A stretch of 52,485 nt of DNA, from positions 1 to 52,485 of the forward strand of contig DATLGM010000286.1 in the NCBI GenBank assembly GCA_035540515.1, in the 5' to 3' direction. This DNA comes from Egibacteraceae bacterium. Its GTDB lineage: Bacteria > Actinomycetota > Nitriliruptoria > Euzebyales > Egibacteraceae. The translations under genes and the position numbers were made by a program. The notes below the pieces were generated by a model. That model was not told where the DNA came from. It made no database searches and saw nothing but the letters and a program-made list of their open reading frames with translations. How positions within the stretch are numbered: position 1 is the stretch's first letter; the number at the start of each line of letters is the position of its first letter. Below, piece after piece: positions 20,553 to 31,733 of this stretch.

Positions 20553-21519
20553 TGCGGATCCTGGGATCCAGGTAGCCGTACAGGATGTCGGCCACGAGGT
20601 TGGCGATGATGATGAAGATCGTGGTGATCATGAGGAACGCCATGATCGGGTACACGTCCCGCGCCGTCAGGGCTCGGATGAAGTACGAGCCCATCCCCGG
20701 GATGGAGAACACCGCCTCCGTGACGATGGCGCCGCCGATGAGCGCGCCGAAGTTCAGGGCGGCCAGCGTGACGATGGGGATCAGGGCGTTGCGCATGGCG
20801 TGCTTACGCGTGACCAGGGTCTCCCGCAACCCCTTCGCCCGCGCGGTGCGGACGTAGTCGGCATTGATGACTTCCAGCATCGATGAGCGCATGTACCGGC
20901 TGTACAGCGCCAGGCTGATGTAGGCCAGCGCGATGATCGGCAGCGCCAGGTGCTGGAGCCGGTCGATGAAGAACTCCAAGCCGGTCCCCGGGTTCGTCGA
21001 GCTCAAACCCGCCGTGTAGAAGATCCGCGTACCCGTCGCGCGGTAGATGTTGGTGAAGATCACCTGCAGGATCAGGGCGAACCAGAAGATGGGGATCGAG
21101 TAGCCCAGGAAGCTGATGGTCGTGGTCGCGTAGTCGAACACCGAGTACTGGCGCTTGGCGGACAGCACGCCCAGGCCGATGCCGATGATCAGCGCCAGCA
21201 CCTCGGCCGCGATGACCAACTGCAGGGTGAACCACAGCGCCCGCCGCAGGTCCGGCCAGATGGGCCGGTCGCCCAGCAGCGTCGTTCCGAACCGGTTGGT
21301 CGTCGCTTCTTGCACCCACAGCAGGTACTGCGCAGGGAGGGGCTGATCCAGCGCCTTGCGCTCGACGATGTTGTCAAGCGTGACCTGGCTGACGTTGGGG
21401 CGGGTGCGGAGCTCCCCGAGGGGGTCCCCGACCGATGACACCCCGAAGAAGATGACGACGCTGGCCAGGACGATCACGGGGATGCTGAACAGCAGTCGGC
21501 GGAGAATGAAGGTGACCAA
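20545..21519 (-). CDS. peptide ABC transporter permease (OppB/DppB type)
   Basis: MVTFILRRLLFSIPVIVLASVVIF N-terminus and EAA loop (DYVRTARAKGLRETLVTRKHAMRNAL). Confidence 0.9.
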   Translation of the reverse strand: MVTFILRRLLFSIPVIVLASVVIFFGVSSVGDPLGELRTRPNVSQVTLDNIVERKALDQPLPAQYLLWVQEATTNRFGTTLLGDRPIWPDLRRALWFTLQLVIAAEVLALIIGIGLGVLSAKRQYSVFDYATTTISFLGYSIPIFWFALILQVIFTNIYRATGTRIFYTAGLSSTNPGTGLEFFIDRLQHLALPIIALAYISLALYSRYMRSSMLEVINADYVRTARAKGLRETLVTRKHAMRNALIPIVTLAALNFGALIGGAIVTEAVFSIPGMGSYFIRALTARDVYPIMAFLMITTIFIIIANLVADILYGYLDPRIRNE

Positions 21520-21542
21520 CCAGGTGCCCCTCTCGCCGCGGC

Positions 21543-21583
21543 GAGGGCGGCTCCCGCGGCGTCATGCCGCGGGAGCCGCCCTC
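21543..21583. repeat. 18-bp perfect stem-loop inside the importer operon (between binding-protein gene and first permease gene)
   Basis: GAGGGCGGCTCCCGCGGC (21543-21560) is the exact reverse complement of GCCGCGGGAGCCGCCCTC (21566-21583), with a 5-nt loop. It sits in the 85-nt gap between stop 21605 and start 21519 on the minus strand. Confidence 0.6.
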
Positions 21584-21604
21584 AACCGAAGGCCACGTGC
21601 GGTG

Positions 21605-23341
21605 CTATTCGGTGCGGCCCCACTCCTCGACGTTCCAGGTCGGACCCCACTGCGTGCTGTTCGTGCGCACGCCCACGATGTCGCTGCTCCACGCCTGGAA
21701 CGCGGGCTTCTGGTACAGCGGCACCACCGGAACGTCCTGGGCGATCAGGGCGTCCGCCTCGTTGTACAGGTCGGCGCGCTCCTGCGCGTCGACGGTCTCC
21801 AGCTGCTGCTGCATGAGCTCGTCGACCTCGGGGTTGCAGTAGCCCGTGTAGTTCAGGCTCGCATCGCCCGTGGTCTCCTCGCACTGCCAGATCGTGTCGC
21901 CACCGGACGGGTCGGGGGCGCCGACCCAGGCGAACAGGATGAGGTCGTAGTCCTGGGCGGGCAGGCGCTCGCCCAGGGCCACCGCCGGCTCGCCGAAGTC
22001 GGCGGTGATCTGCACGCCGATCTCCTGCAGCTGCTGCTGCATGACCTCGAAGGTCAGCTCACGCAGCTCGTTACCGGAGGTCGTCACGAAGTCGAACTCC
22101 AGCGGCTCGCCGTCACACTCGAAGATGTCGTTGTCGCCGCGGGTGCAGCCGTTCTCCTCGAGCAGCTGCACGGCACCCTCGGGGTCGTAGTTGATGACCT
22201 CGCCCCAGTTGTCCTGGTACTGCTCCTGGTTGGTCAGCCAGATGACGTTGTTCAGCGGCTCGACCTCGGGATCGATCGGAGCGATGAGCTCCGAGGCGAG
22301 CTGCTCGCGGTTCAACCCCATGGCGATGGCCCGTCGGACGTACGCCTTGTCCAGCGGTGGGCGCTCGAAGTTGAAGTCGAGGTGCTCCCACTGGGGGCCC
22401 GTCGAGGATTCGTACTCAAGGCCGTCCGCGCCTTCGATCTGGTTGACGAGGTCCAGCTGCGGCTGCGGGTCGATGACCTCGACCTCTCCGCCGCGGAACT
22501 GCTGGATGAGGGTGTTCACGTCCTCGATGGGACGGAAGACGATCTCGTCCAAATACGCTTGCTGCTCGCCCCAGAACTCCTCGTTGCGGGTGACGGTGAT
22601 CTGCTGGCCCTTCTCCCACGACTCGAACTGGAAGGGACCGCTGGAGATGGGCTCCCCGTCAGCGTCGACGATGCCGTCGTTCCAGATCCGGTTGAAGTTC
22701 TCTCCCTCCAGGACGTGGGCGGGAAGCACCACGCCACTGTGGACGCTGAACAGCTCACGCCACGGGGCGTAGGGACGCTTGAAGACGAAGTCCGCCGTCT
22801 TCTCGTCGACGATGTTGACCTCTTCGACCTCATCGCAGCCGGCGCGGGAGGTGATGTCCCAGTCCTCGTTCATGCACGTTTCCCACGTGAACTTCAGGTC
22901 CTCGGAGCTGATCGGCGTGCCGTCGCTCCAGTTGGCCTCCTCGCGCAGCTTGTACGTCACGGTGAAGGGCTCGTCGTCGCCCTCTTCGCCACCGCGGGTC
23001 TCGGGGACGTCCTCGAGCAGCAGCGGCTCGTACTCGAACTCCGGGGTGATCCGCCACAGGGGGTACAGGATCGTCGCGATGACCTTGGAGGTGGCGAACA
23101 GGTTCCCCTCGGTGAGCCACGGGTTCAGGATCGCGGGTTCCTGCTCGAGGCCGAAGACGACGCTGCCGCCCTGAACCGGCTCGCCCTGGGCCGTGTCGCC
23201 CTCCGTCTCCGTCGCCTCGCCGCCGAGCTCTGTCGCGTCCGGGTCGGCGCCTTGCTCCTCCCCGCCGCCGCAGGCGACAGCGAGCAGGCCCAATACAGCC
23301 AAGAGCACCAGCCAGCGGGCCGGCTTGCGGATCAGATCCAT
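21605..23341 (-). CDS. ABC transporter substrate-binding lipoprotein, family 5 (first gene of importer operon)
   Basis: Start trimmed to ATG 23341 (GAGGAGG upstream; MDLIRKPARWLVLLAVLGLLAVAC lipobox). FTVTYKLREEANWSDGTPISSED signature region. Confidence 0.85.
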   Translation of the reverse strand: MDLIRKPARWLVLLAVLGLLAVACGGGEEQGADPDATELGGEATETEGDTAQGEPVQGGSVVFGLEQEPAILNPWLTEGNLFATSKVIATILYPLWRITPEFEYEPLLLEDVPETRGGEEGDDEPFTVTYKLREEANWSDGTPISSEDLKFTWETCMNEDWDITSRAGCDEVEEVNIVDEKTADFVFKRPYAPWRELFSVHSGVVLPAHVLEGENFNRIWNDGIVDADGEPISSGPFQFESWEKGQQITVTRNEEFWGEQQAYLDEIVFRPIEDVNTLIQQFRGGEVEVIDPQPQLDLVNQIEGADGLEYESSTGPQWEHLDFNFERPPLDKAYVRRAIAMGLNREQLASELIAPIDPEVEPLNNVIWLTNQEQYQDNWGEVINYDPEGAVQLLEENGCTRGDNDIFECDGEPLEFDFVTTSGNELRELTFEVMQQQLQEIGVQITADFGEPAVALGERLPAQDYDLILFAWVGAPDPSGGDTIWQCEETTGDASLNYTGYCNPEVDELMQQQLETVDAQERADLYNEADALIAQDVPVVPLYQKPAFQAWSSDIVGVRTNSTQWGPTWNVEEWGRTE

Positions 23342-23582
23342 ACATTCCTCCTCGGACGGCGTGCGTCCATGGAACCGGCCCCCGCCTGCAGCGGGTGGAC
23401 ACCGGAAGTTGGTGGTTCGTCGAGCCGGGTCGGCCCTGTGGAACTGGCGCAAGAAGGTAGCAGAGCACGGCTTCCTGCAACGGCTTTCCGGGCGGAGCGG
23501 CTGGTCGTGTGGCGCACCGCTCCTCCGCACGTCGTGCAACGGACCGGCCCTGCGGTGAGTTCCCGTCGACGGGGGTTTTGTC

Positions 23583-25415
23583 CTAGAGCACGGCGGTGCC
23601 GGCCACCCAGCTCGCATGCAGCCGCGCATAGGTCCCGTCCCGGTTGAGCAGCTGTGCGTGCGTGCCGCGCTCCACGATCCGCCCACGGTCGAAGACGAGG
23701 ATCTCGTCGGCGGCCTCGGCGGTGGACAGACGATGTGCGATCGCGATGGAGGTGCGGCCGCGGGTCAGGCCGTCGAGCGCCCGCTGAATCCTCACCTCGG
23801 TGGCAGGATCGACCGCCGACGTCGCCTCATCGAGCACGAGCAGGTCCGGACTGGCGACATACGCGCGTGCCAGCGCCACGAGCTGGCGCTCGCCGACGGA
23901 CAGCGCTTCGCCCCGTTCCCCCACGCGAGTCTCGATGTCGTGGGGAAGCCCCTCCAGCCAATCGGCAAGTCCCAACTCCACGAACGCCAGCCGAACGCTT
24001 TCTGCACTGATGCCCGGCCGACCTTGCGCGACGTTGGTGTGGATGCTGGCATCGAACAGGAACCCGTCTTGGGGAACCATGACGACCCGCCGGCGCAGGC
24101 TCGCGAAGCGAACCCTGTCCAGGGGCGCGCCGTTGATGCGGATGGTCCCCGCGATGGGGTCCATCAGGCGCGTCACCAGCTTGGCGAACGTGGTCTTGCC
24201 CGACCCGGTCTCCCCGACGACAGCGACGCGCGTCTGCGGGGCGATGGTGAGGTCCAGCGGGTGGAGGACGACGACAGGATCCTCGTCGTCGCGCGCTGGG
24301 TACGCGAAGGTCACCCCCTCGAACTGCAGCCCGATCGGTCCGGGCGGGATCTCGACCGCGTTCGAACCGGTCGCCGGGTCGACAACGTCGGGTTCGGTGT
24401 CCAACACGTTGAGGATGCGCCGCCACCCTGCGATGGCGGTCTGCACCTCGTTGAGCACCTCGGTGGCGATCTGGATCGGGCTGATGAACATGGTCACGAG
24501 GAACAGGAAGGCGACCAGGCGCCCCTCGGTGATCTGGCCGTCCACTCCCAGCAGGACGCCGACGACCACCACCCCCGCCATGGCCAGACCGGAGAAGAGC
24601 TCGGCGCTGGTGAACATGGAGGTGGACAGCACCGCGGCTTTGCGTTGCGCCCGGTACTCCCGGTCGACCGCGTCGTCCAGCCGGCGGGACGTGCGCTCCT
24701 CGATGTGGTACGCCCGGATGACCTCGGCGCCCACGATGCTCTCCGCGATCGCGGTCAGCAGCTCGGCAACCCGCTCCCGCACGGCGCTGTAGGCAGCCGA
24801 GAGGTGACGCTGGAACCAGCGGAGCAGGAAGATCAGGGGAGCGAAGCTGAGGATGACCAGCAGCACCAGCGGCGGGCTGTAGATGAGCATGACGGCCGTG
24901 GCGATCAGCAGCTGGCCCAGGTTGACCAGCAGCACCACACCGCCCCATTGCATGAACTGGCTGATGGTGTCCACGTCAGACGTGACGCGCGAGACCAGCG
25001 CACCGCGGTGCTCGCCGGCGTGATGCAGCATCGACAGGTCGTGGATGTGGCGGAATGCACGCACGCGCAGCGCCGACAGGGCCGTCTCCGTGGCCCGCGA
25101 CAGCCGGTAGTTCATGAAGTAGCCCGCCACCGCCGTCAAACCCACCACGACGGCCGACACGGTCACCAGCACGATGACCAGCGTCACGTCCGGCTCGCCG
25201 GTGCCGGTCCTCAGGCCGCGGTCGATGACCTGCTGGACCGCCACCGGCACGACGACCCTTCCGACCGTTGCGACAGCGGCGAGAAGCAGGGTGACCCACA
25301 GCCCCTCCCGGAACTCGGGCGTCAGCCGCAGGCCTCGTACCAGCGTGGTCCAAGCGCCGTCGGGCTGACGGCGGTCCAGCTCCTCGACCCCGGTGGCGGC
25401 AGTCGCGGCACTCAC
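23583..25415 (-). CDS. ABC exporter fused permease/ATPase subunit (canonical Walker B, non-canonical signature)
   Basis: Six-TM exporter domain followed by an NBD: GETGSGKTT, LSVGERQLVALARA, LLVLDEATSAVD. GTGA overlap with the upstream partner. Confidence 0.9.
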   Translation of the reverse strand: MSAATAATGVEELDRRQPDGAWTTLVRGLRLTPEFREGLWVTLLLAAVATVGRVVVPVAVQQVIDRGLRTGTGEPDVTLVIVLVTVSAVVVGLTAVAGYFMNYRLSRATETALSALRVRAFRHIHDLSMLHHAGEHRGALVSRVTSDVDTISQFMQWGGVVLLVNLGQLLIATAVMLIYSPPLVLLVILSFAPLIFLLRWFQRHLSAAYSAVRERVAELLTAIAESIVGAEVIRAYHIEERTSRRLDDAVDREYRAQRKAAVLSTSMFTSAELFSGLAMAGVVVVGVLLGVDGQITEGRLVAFLFLVTMFISPIQIATEVLNEVQTAIAGWRRILNVLDTEPDVVDPATGSNAVEIPPGPIGLQFEGVTFAYPARDDEDPVVVLHPLDLTIAPQTRVAVVGETGSGKTTFAKLVTRLMDPIAGTIRINGAPLDRVRFASLRRRVVMVPQDGFLFDASIHTNVAQGRPGISAESVRLAFVELGLADWLEGLPHDIETRVGERGEALSVGERQLVALARAYVASPDLLVLDEATSAVDPATEVRIQRALDGLTRGRTSIAIAHRLSTAEAADEILVFDRGRIVERGTHAQLLNRDGTYARLHASWVAGTAVL

Positions 25416-27163
25416 CGTGACTCCGGGGGAGCGGAGCGCGCGTCGGCGTAGGCGGTCACGAGCCGCTGGTAGGCCGGCACGCGGGTCATGAGCTCGTCGT
25501 GGGAGCCAGTGGCGGTCACCGTGCCGGCCTCGATGAACACGATCTCGTCGGCCAACGCGATGGTGGCTTGCCGGTACGCGACGATGACGATGGTCGAGGG
25601 CAGGTCCGCCTGCTTCAGGCCCCGGAGGATGGCCGCCTCCACTGCGGTGTCGACACTGGACGTGGCGTCGTCGAGGATCAGCAGCCGCGGCCGCCTGATC
25701 AAGGCCCGGGCCAGCGCGATGCGCTGCCGCTGCCCACCGGACAGTGACGTCCCCCGCTCACCGATGACCGTGTCCAGACCGGACCCGAGCGCGCGGACGA
25801 ACCCGGCCGCCTGCGCCAGCTCGCAGGCCTGCCACACGTCCTCGTCGCTGTACGGCTCCCCGAGGGTGATGTTCTCCCGGATCGTGTCGTCGAACAGGAA
25901 GGAGTGCTGGAACACGATTGCGGCGCTGCGGGAGACGGCCCCGCGGGTCAGCAGACGCAGGTCGTGGCCGTCGAGGCGGACGGCGCCCTCGGCAGGATCG
26001 GCCAGGCGGACGAGCAGTGTGGCGATGGTCGACTTGCCCGACCCGGTCGGCCCGACGAGCGCGATGGTGCGCCCGGGCGGCGCCCGGAAGCTGACGCCGT
26101 GCAGCACCTGGTCGGACTCGTAGCGGAAGGCGACGTCGATCAGGTCGGTCTCGGCTGGGCCGCCCCGGACGTCGCCGAACCGCCCGATCCTCCCGCCGTG
26201 GTCCGTGGTGTCCGGCTGGGCGCGGAGCACCTTCTGCAGCCGCTCCCACCCCACCACCGACCGGGGCATGTCCGACAGCACCCACCCGATCGCCCGGATG
26301 GGGAAGGCCAGCAGGGTGAACAGGTAGGCGAACTGGACCACGTCACCCTCCGACAGCATCCCTGTCTGGATGCGCCAGACGCCGGCGGCCAGCACGCCGA
26401 GCACCCCGAGGTTGGGTACGGCCTCCATGATCGGGTCGAAGATCGCGCGGATTCGCCCGTAGCGGATGAGCTCGTCGCGCAGCCGCTCGGAATGCTGCTC
26501 GAACCGCTGCGTCTCGGCGGACTCGCGCCCCAGCGTCTTGACGACAAGGGCGCCGTCGAAGCTCTCGTGGGCGATGCCCGAAACCTGGGCACGCCGCTCC
26601 TGGATGAGGGTCGCGGGTTCGACGACGGCACGGTTGTAGCGCCAGTTCAGCAGCGCAATGGCCGGCCCGACGGAGAACCCGACCAGGGTCAGCGCCCAGT
26701 CCGTCATCACCAGCATCACGGCCGTGACGGTCAGCATCACCAGCACGCCGCACGACAGCGGCAGCGGGGCGATTGGCCAGAAGGCGGCGTCGACATCGGC
26801 GGTGGCGTTGGACAGCAATGAGCCGGTCGACCGATTCCGGTGCCAGGACATGGGCAGGCGGTGGTAGTGCCGTGTGATGCGGCGCCGGTACGTCGCGTGC
26901 AACCGCAGCTGCATCACCCAGGCGCCCAGGCGGCGGGCGACGATGGCCACCGCGGTCAGCATCGAGACGCCCAACACCGCCGCGGCGGCTGCCGCAAGCG
27001 TGCCGGCGCCGACTCGCCCGGTCCGAAACGCCGGCACGATGACCAGGTCCGTGATGCGCCCGAACACCACCGCGGAACCGACGGTGGTGGCCGCGTACAA
27101 CAGCGCCCCGCACAGGGCGACGGCGAACGGCCGCGGTTCGGTCTTGATGGCCTTGCCCAGCAC
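25412..27163 (-). CDS. ABC exporter fused permease/ATPase subunit (degenerate Walker B Asp)
   Basis: TM domain followed by an NBD: [39 protein letters not shown] 27163 is the first canonical start after an in-frame TAG. Confidence 0.9.
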   Translation of the reverse strand: MLGKAIKTEPRPFAVALCGALLYAATTVGSAVVFGRITDLVIVPAFRTGRVGAGTLAAAAAAVLGVSMLTAVAIVARRLGAWVMQLRLHATYRRRITRHYHRLPMSWHRNRSTGSLLSNATADVDAAFWPIAPLPLSCGVLVMLTVTAVMLVMTDWALTLVGFSVGPAIALLNWRYNRAVVEPATLIQERRAQVSGIAHESFDGALVVKTLGRESAETQRFEQHSERLRDELIRYGRIRAIFDPIMEAVPNLGVLGVLAAGVWRIQTGMLSEGDVVQFAYLFTLLAFPIRAIGWVLSDMPRSVVGWERLQKVLRAQPDTTDHGGRIGRFGDVRGGPAETDLIDVAFRYESDQVLHGVSFRAPPGRTIALVGPTGSGKSTIATLLVRLADPAEGAVRLDGHDLRLLTRGAVSRSAAIVFQHSFLFDDTIRENITLGEPYSDEDVWQACELAQAAGFVRALGSGLDTVIGERGTSLSGGQRQRIALARALIRRPRLLILDDATSSVDTAVEAAILRGLKQADLPSTIVIVAYRQATIALADEIVFIEAGTVTATGSHDELMTRVPAYQRLVTAYADARSAPPESR

Positions 27164-27308
27164 GACGAGACCACGCCGGACGACGCCGGCGCGGGGGGAC
27201 GATGCGGCGGAGGTGGGCGTGGCGGACTCCCGGGAGGCGGTACGAGCCGTGCCACGCTAGCCGGTGCACCTTCAGCCGCTACGCTCCCGCCCCGTCCAGC
27301 GACAGGGG

Positions 27309-28298
27309 ATGGTCATGCAGCTCGCGGTCAGCCTGCCGATGCTCGGCGTCTCCCTACCCGACTCCGTCCGGCTGGTCGGTCAGGCGCAGCGCTGGGGGTA
27401 CACCGCCGCGTGGGGCAGTGAGGTCGCCGGCCCCGACTTCGCGTCGCTGCTGGGCGCGGTGGCGGTCGCGTCCGACGTGGACCTCGGCGTCGCCGTGGCG
27501 CCGGCGCAGACCCGCACCCCCTGGCTGCTGGCGGCGACGGCCGCGTCCCTCTCGCACCTTTCCGGCGGTCGGTTCTCGTTGGGGCTGGGCACCTCCAGCG
27601 AGGTGATCGTCGGTCAGTGGTCGGGACTGCCGTTCCGCCGTCCCCTCGCGCAGCTCCGAGAGACCGTCGAGGTCGTTCGGGCGATGCTGGCGGGGGAGAA
27701 GGTCAGCCACGACGGTGAGTTCATCACCACCGCGGGATACCGGTTGTTCGCACCGCCGCCCGCTCCGGTCCCCATCGTCGTCGGGGCGCTCAACGAACGC
27801 AGCCTGCGTCAGGCGGGAGAGATCGGCGACGGCCTGGCGCTCAACCAGGTCGCCGCCGAGGACATCGGCGGCATGCTCGACCAGTGGCGGGCGGGCGCCG
27901 AGGCGGCCGGGCGATCGGTCGACGGGCTCCCCGTGGTTGACCGGCTGTTCTGCCTGGTCACCGACCGGCCCGACGACGCCCGCGACTTCCTGCGCGGGTT
28001 CTTCGCTCCGTACGTGGCGACCTCGGTTTACAACCGCTTCTACCGCGCCCACGGGTTCGAGCAGGAAGCCGACGCGGTGCTGGCGGCCATGAAGGAGCGC
28101 GATCGCGCTGCCGCAGCCGCGGCCGTCAGCGACCGGCTGCTCAACGCGGTCACCGCGATCGGCAGCGCCGACGAGGTCGCCGACCGGGTCAGGGCGTACA
28201 TCGACGCCGGCGTGACCGTGCCGGTGATCGCGTGCCTTGCACCGGGCGAGGAGGCGCACACCGCGACCCTGCGGGCCGTCGGCGAGCGGCTGGGGTGA
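27309..28298 (+). CDS. LLM-class (luciferase-like) F420/flavin-dependent oxidoreductase
   Basis: The pattern (LG..LP......V..A...E..G...AW..E) plus FSLGLGTSSEVIV..W.G is typical of LLM-family proteins. Start is ATG 27309 or 27315. Confidence 0.8.
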   Translation: MVMQLAVSLPMLGVSLPDSVRLVGQAQRWGYTAAWGSEVAGPDFASLLGAVAVASDVDLGVAVAPAQTRTPWLLAATAASLSHLSGGRFSLGLGTSSEVIVGQWSGLPFRRPLAQLRETVEVVRAMLAGEKVSHDGEFITTAGYRLFAPPPAPVPIVVGALNERSLRQAGEIGDGLALNQVAAEDIGGMLDQWRAGAEAAGRSVDGLPVVDRLFCLVTDRPDDARDFLRGFFAPYVATSVYNRFYRAHGFEQEADAVLAAMKERDRAAAAAAVSDRLLNAVTAIGSADEVADRVRAYIDAGVTVPVIACLAPGEEAHTATLRAVGERLG

Positions 28299-28308
28299 CC
28301 CCGGCCCG

Positions 28309-29994
<1,686 letters not shown>

Positions 29995-30161
29995 TGGAGG
30001 ACCTCATACTCGGGCGCAGCGGCGGAGGCGAAGGGCACCGGCAACCCCGTATCGCCCGCTCCGCAAAGCGCGGTCGGCGTCAGCACCCGGGTCCAGGGGG
30101 CCGGCTTGCCGGGTTTGTACCCCTCGGCGGCCGGACGAACACACGGCGATAGCCTGGCCTG

Positions 30162-31703
30162 ATGGACGTGCCCCAGCCGGGGTCGAGGTGGCGCGGTCTG
30201 GTGGCCGGCGTGGCCGTCACGGCCGTGGCGCTGGGCGTCGCCGAGCTCGCCGCGGGACTGCTGGCGGGGGCCGCGTCGCCGGTGGTGGCGGTGGGTGACG
30301 CGGTCGTGGACCGGGTGCCTGCGTGGCTGAAGAACCTGGCCATCGCGGTGTTCGGCGTCAACGACAAGGTGGCGCTGCTGGTGGGCATCGCGGTGGTGTC
30401 CGCCGCCGCGGGCGGGGCCGCGGGCGCCGTTGCCCGCCGGCGTCCGTGGGTGCCCGTGGTGCTGCTCGTGGCCGCCGGGGGGATCGGTGTCGCCGCAGCG
30501 AGCCAGGACCCGCAGGCGACGGCGGTCTCCTCGGCGATCGCCGTCGGGGCCGGGGTGGTGGCGGGGCTGGCCGCGCTGGCCACACTGCTGCGTGGCGACC
30601 GCGGCGCAAGCCCCGCCGCTGACGACCACCCGCCGGTCTCGCGCCGGCGGTTCCTGGCCGGCGTGACAGCGGCGGTGGGGCTGGCAGCGGCGTTCGCGGT
30701 GGCCGGGCGCGCGCTCACCACCGCGTCAGCCGCTGCGCGCAGCCGTCTGGGCCTGGTGATCCCGCGCCCGCGGCGGCCCGCACCTGCACTGCCGGCGGGG
30801 GCCGATCTGGAGATCGCGGGCGCTGACCCGTTCACCACGCCAACGACCGACTTCTACCGCATCGACACCGCGTTGTCGGTGCCCCGGGTCGACGTGGCGA
30901 CGTGGCGCCTGCGCGTCACCGGGATGGTCAACCGGCCGCTGGAGCTGACGTTCGACGAGCTGGTGGGCCGGGGCCTGACCGAGCACTGGACCACGCTGTG
31001 CTGCGTCTCCAACGAGGTCGGCGGTCGCCTGATCGGCAATGCGCTGTGGGGCGGGGTGCCATTGCGCGAGGTGCTGGATCTGGCGGGTGTGCACGTGGGT
31101 GCGTCGCAGATCGTCGGCAGGTCGGTGGACGGCTGGACCGCCGGCTTCCCGACCGAGGTGGCGTACGACGGCCGGACGGCGTTGATCGCGGTCACGATGA
31201 ACGGGGAGCCGCTGCCGACCGAGCACGGGTTCCCCGCTCGTCTGGTGGTCCCGGGGCTGTACGGCTACGTGTCCGCGACCAAGTGGCTCAGCGAGATCGA
31301 GCTCACCACGGTGGATGCGTTCGACGCCTATTGGGTCCCGCGTGGCTGGGCGAAGCAGGCGCCGGTCAAGACGCAGTCGCGCATCGACGTGCCCCGGGCG
31401 GGGCGGGTGGTGTCAGGCCGCGTGGTGGTTGCCGGCGTTGCGTGGGCGCAGCAGCGGGGCGTCGAGCGGGTGGAGGTGCAGGTCGACGACGGCCCGTGGC
31501 ACGAGGCGCGGCTGGCGGCCGTCCCCCACGTCGACACATGGCGGCAGTGGGTGTGGGAGTGGGACGCCGAGCCGGGTTCGCACGTCCTGCAGGTCCGGGC
31601 GACCGATGGCGACGGCGAGGTGCAGACCGCGCAGCGGTCTCCGGTGATGCCCGACGGCGCCACGGGCTACCACCGGGTCCTCGTCCAGGTCCAGCAGGCC
31701 TAG
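30162..31703 (+). CDS. membrane-anchored molybdopterin-dependent oxidoreductase (sulfite-oxidase fold)
   Basis: N-terminal multi-TM region, then TLCCVSNEVGG (Mo-ligand Cys context) and NGEPLPTEHGFPARLVVPGLYGYVSATKWLSEIEL. Confidence 0.8.
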   Translation: MDVPQPGSRWRGLVAGVAVTAVALGVAELAAGLLAGAASPVVAVGDAVVDRVPAWLKNLAIAVFGVNDKVALLVGIAVVSAAAGGAAGAVARRRPWVPVVLLVAAGGIGVAAASQDPQATAVSSAIAVGAGVVAGLAALATLLRGDRGASPAADDHPPVSRRRFLAGVTAAVGLAAAFAVAGRALTTASAAARSRLGLVIPRPRRPAPALPAGADLEIAGADPFTTPTTDFYRIDTALSVPRVDVATWRLRVTGMVNRPLELTFDELVGRGLTEHWTTLCCVSNEVGGRLIGNALWGGVPLREVLDLAGVHVGASQIVGRSVDGWTAGFPTEVAYDGRTALIAVTMNGEPLPTEHGFPARLVVPGLYGYVSATKWLSEIELTTVDAFDAYWVPRGWAKQAPVKTQSRIDVPRAGRVVSGRVVVAGVAWAQQRGVERVEVQVDDGPWHEARLAAVPHVDTWRQWVWEWDAEPGSHVLQVRATDGDGEVQTAQRSPVMPDGATGYHRVLVQVQQA

Positions 31704-31733
31704 GATCCGCCTCCTTCGACCCGGGAGGACGGC

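Noticed and set aside
23491-23526. Imperfect 10-bp stem (GGCGGAGCGG / CCGCTCCTCC) and the CCCGTCGACGGG palindrome downstream of the ABC exporter
   Set aside because: They may be a terminator for the exporter operon or part of the importer promoter region. However, they are weak, with one mismatch, a long loop and no U-tract on the relevant strand, so they are not annotated as features.
21356-23647. 763-aa plus-strand ORF
   Set aside because: Antisense to the lipoprotein SBP gene and the oppB-like 5' end. It has no motifs and is a GC-rich antisense artefact.
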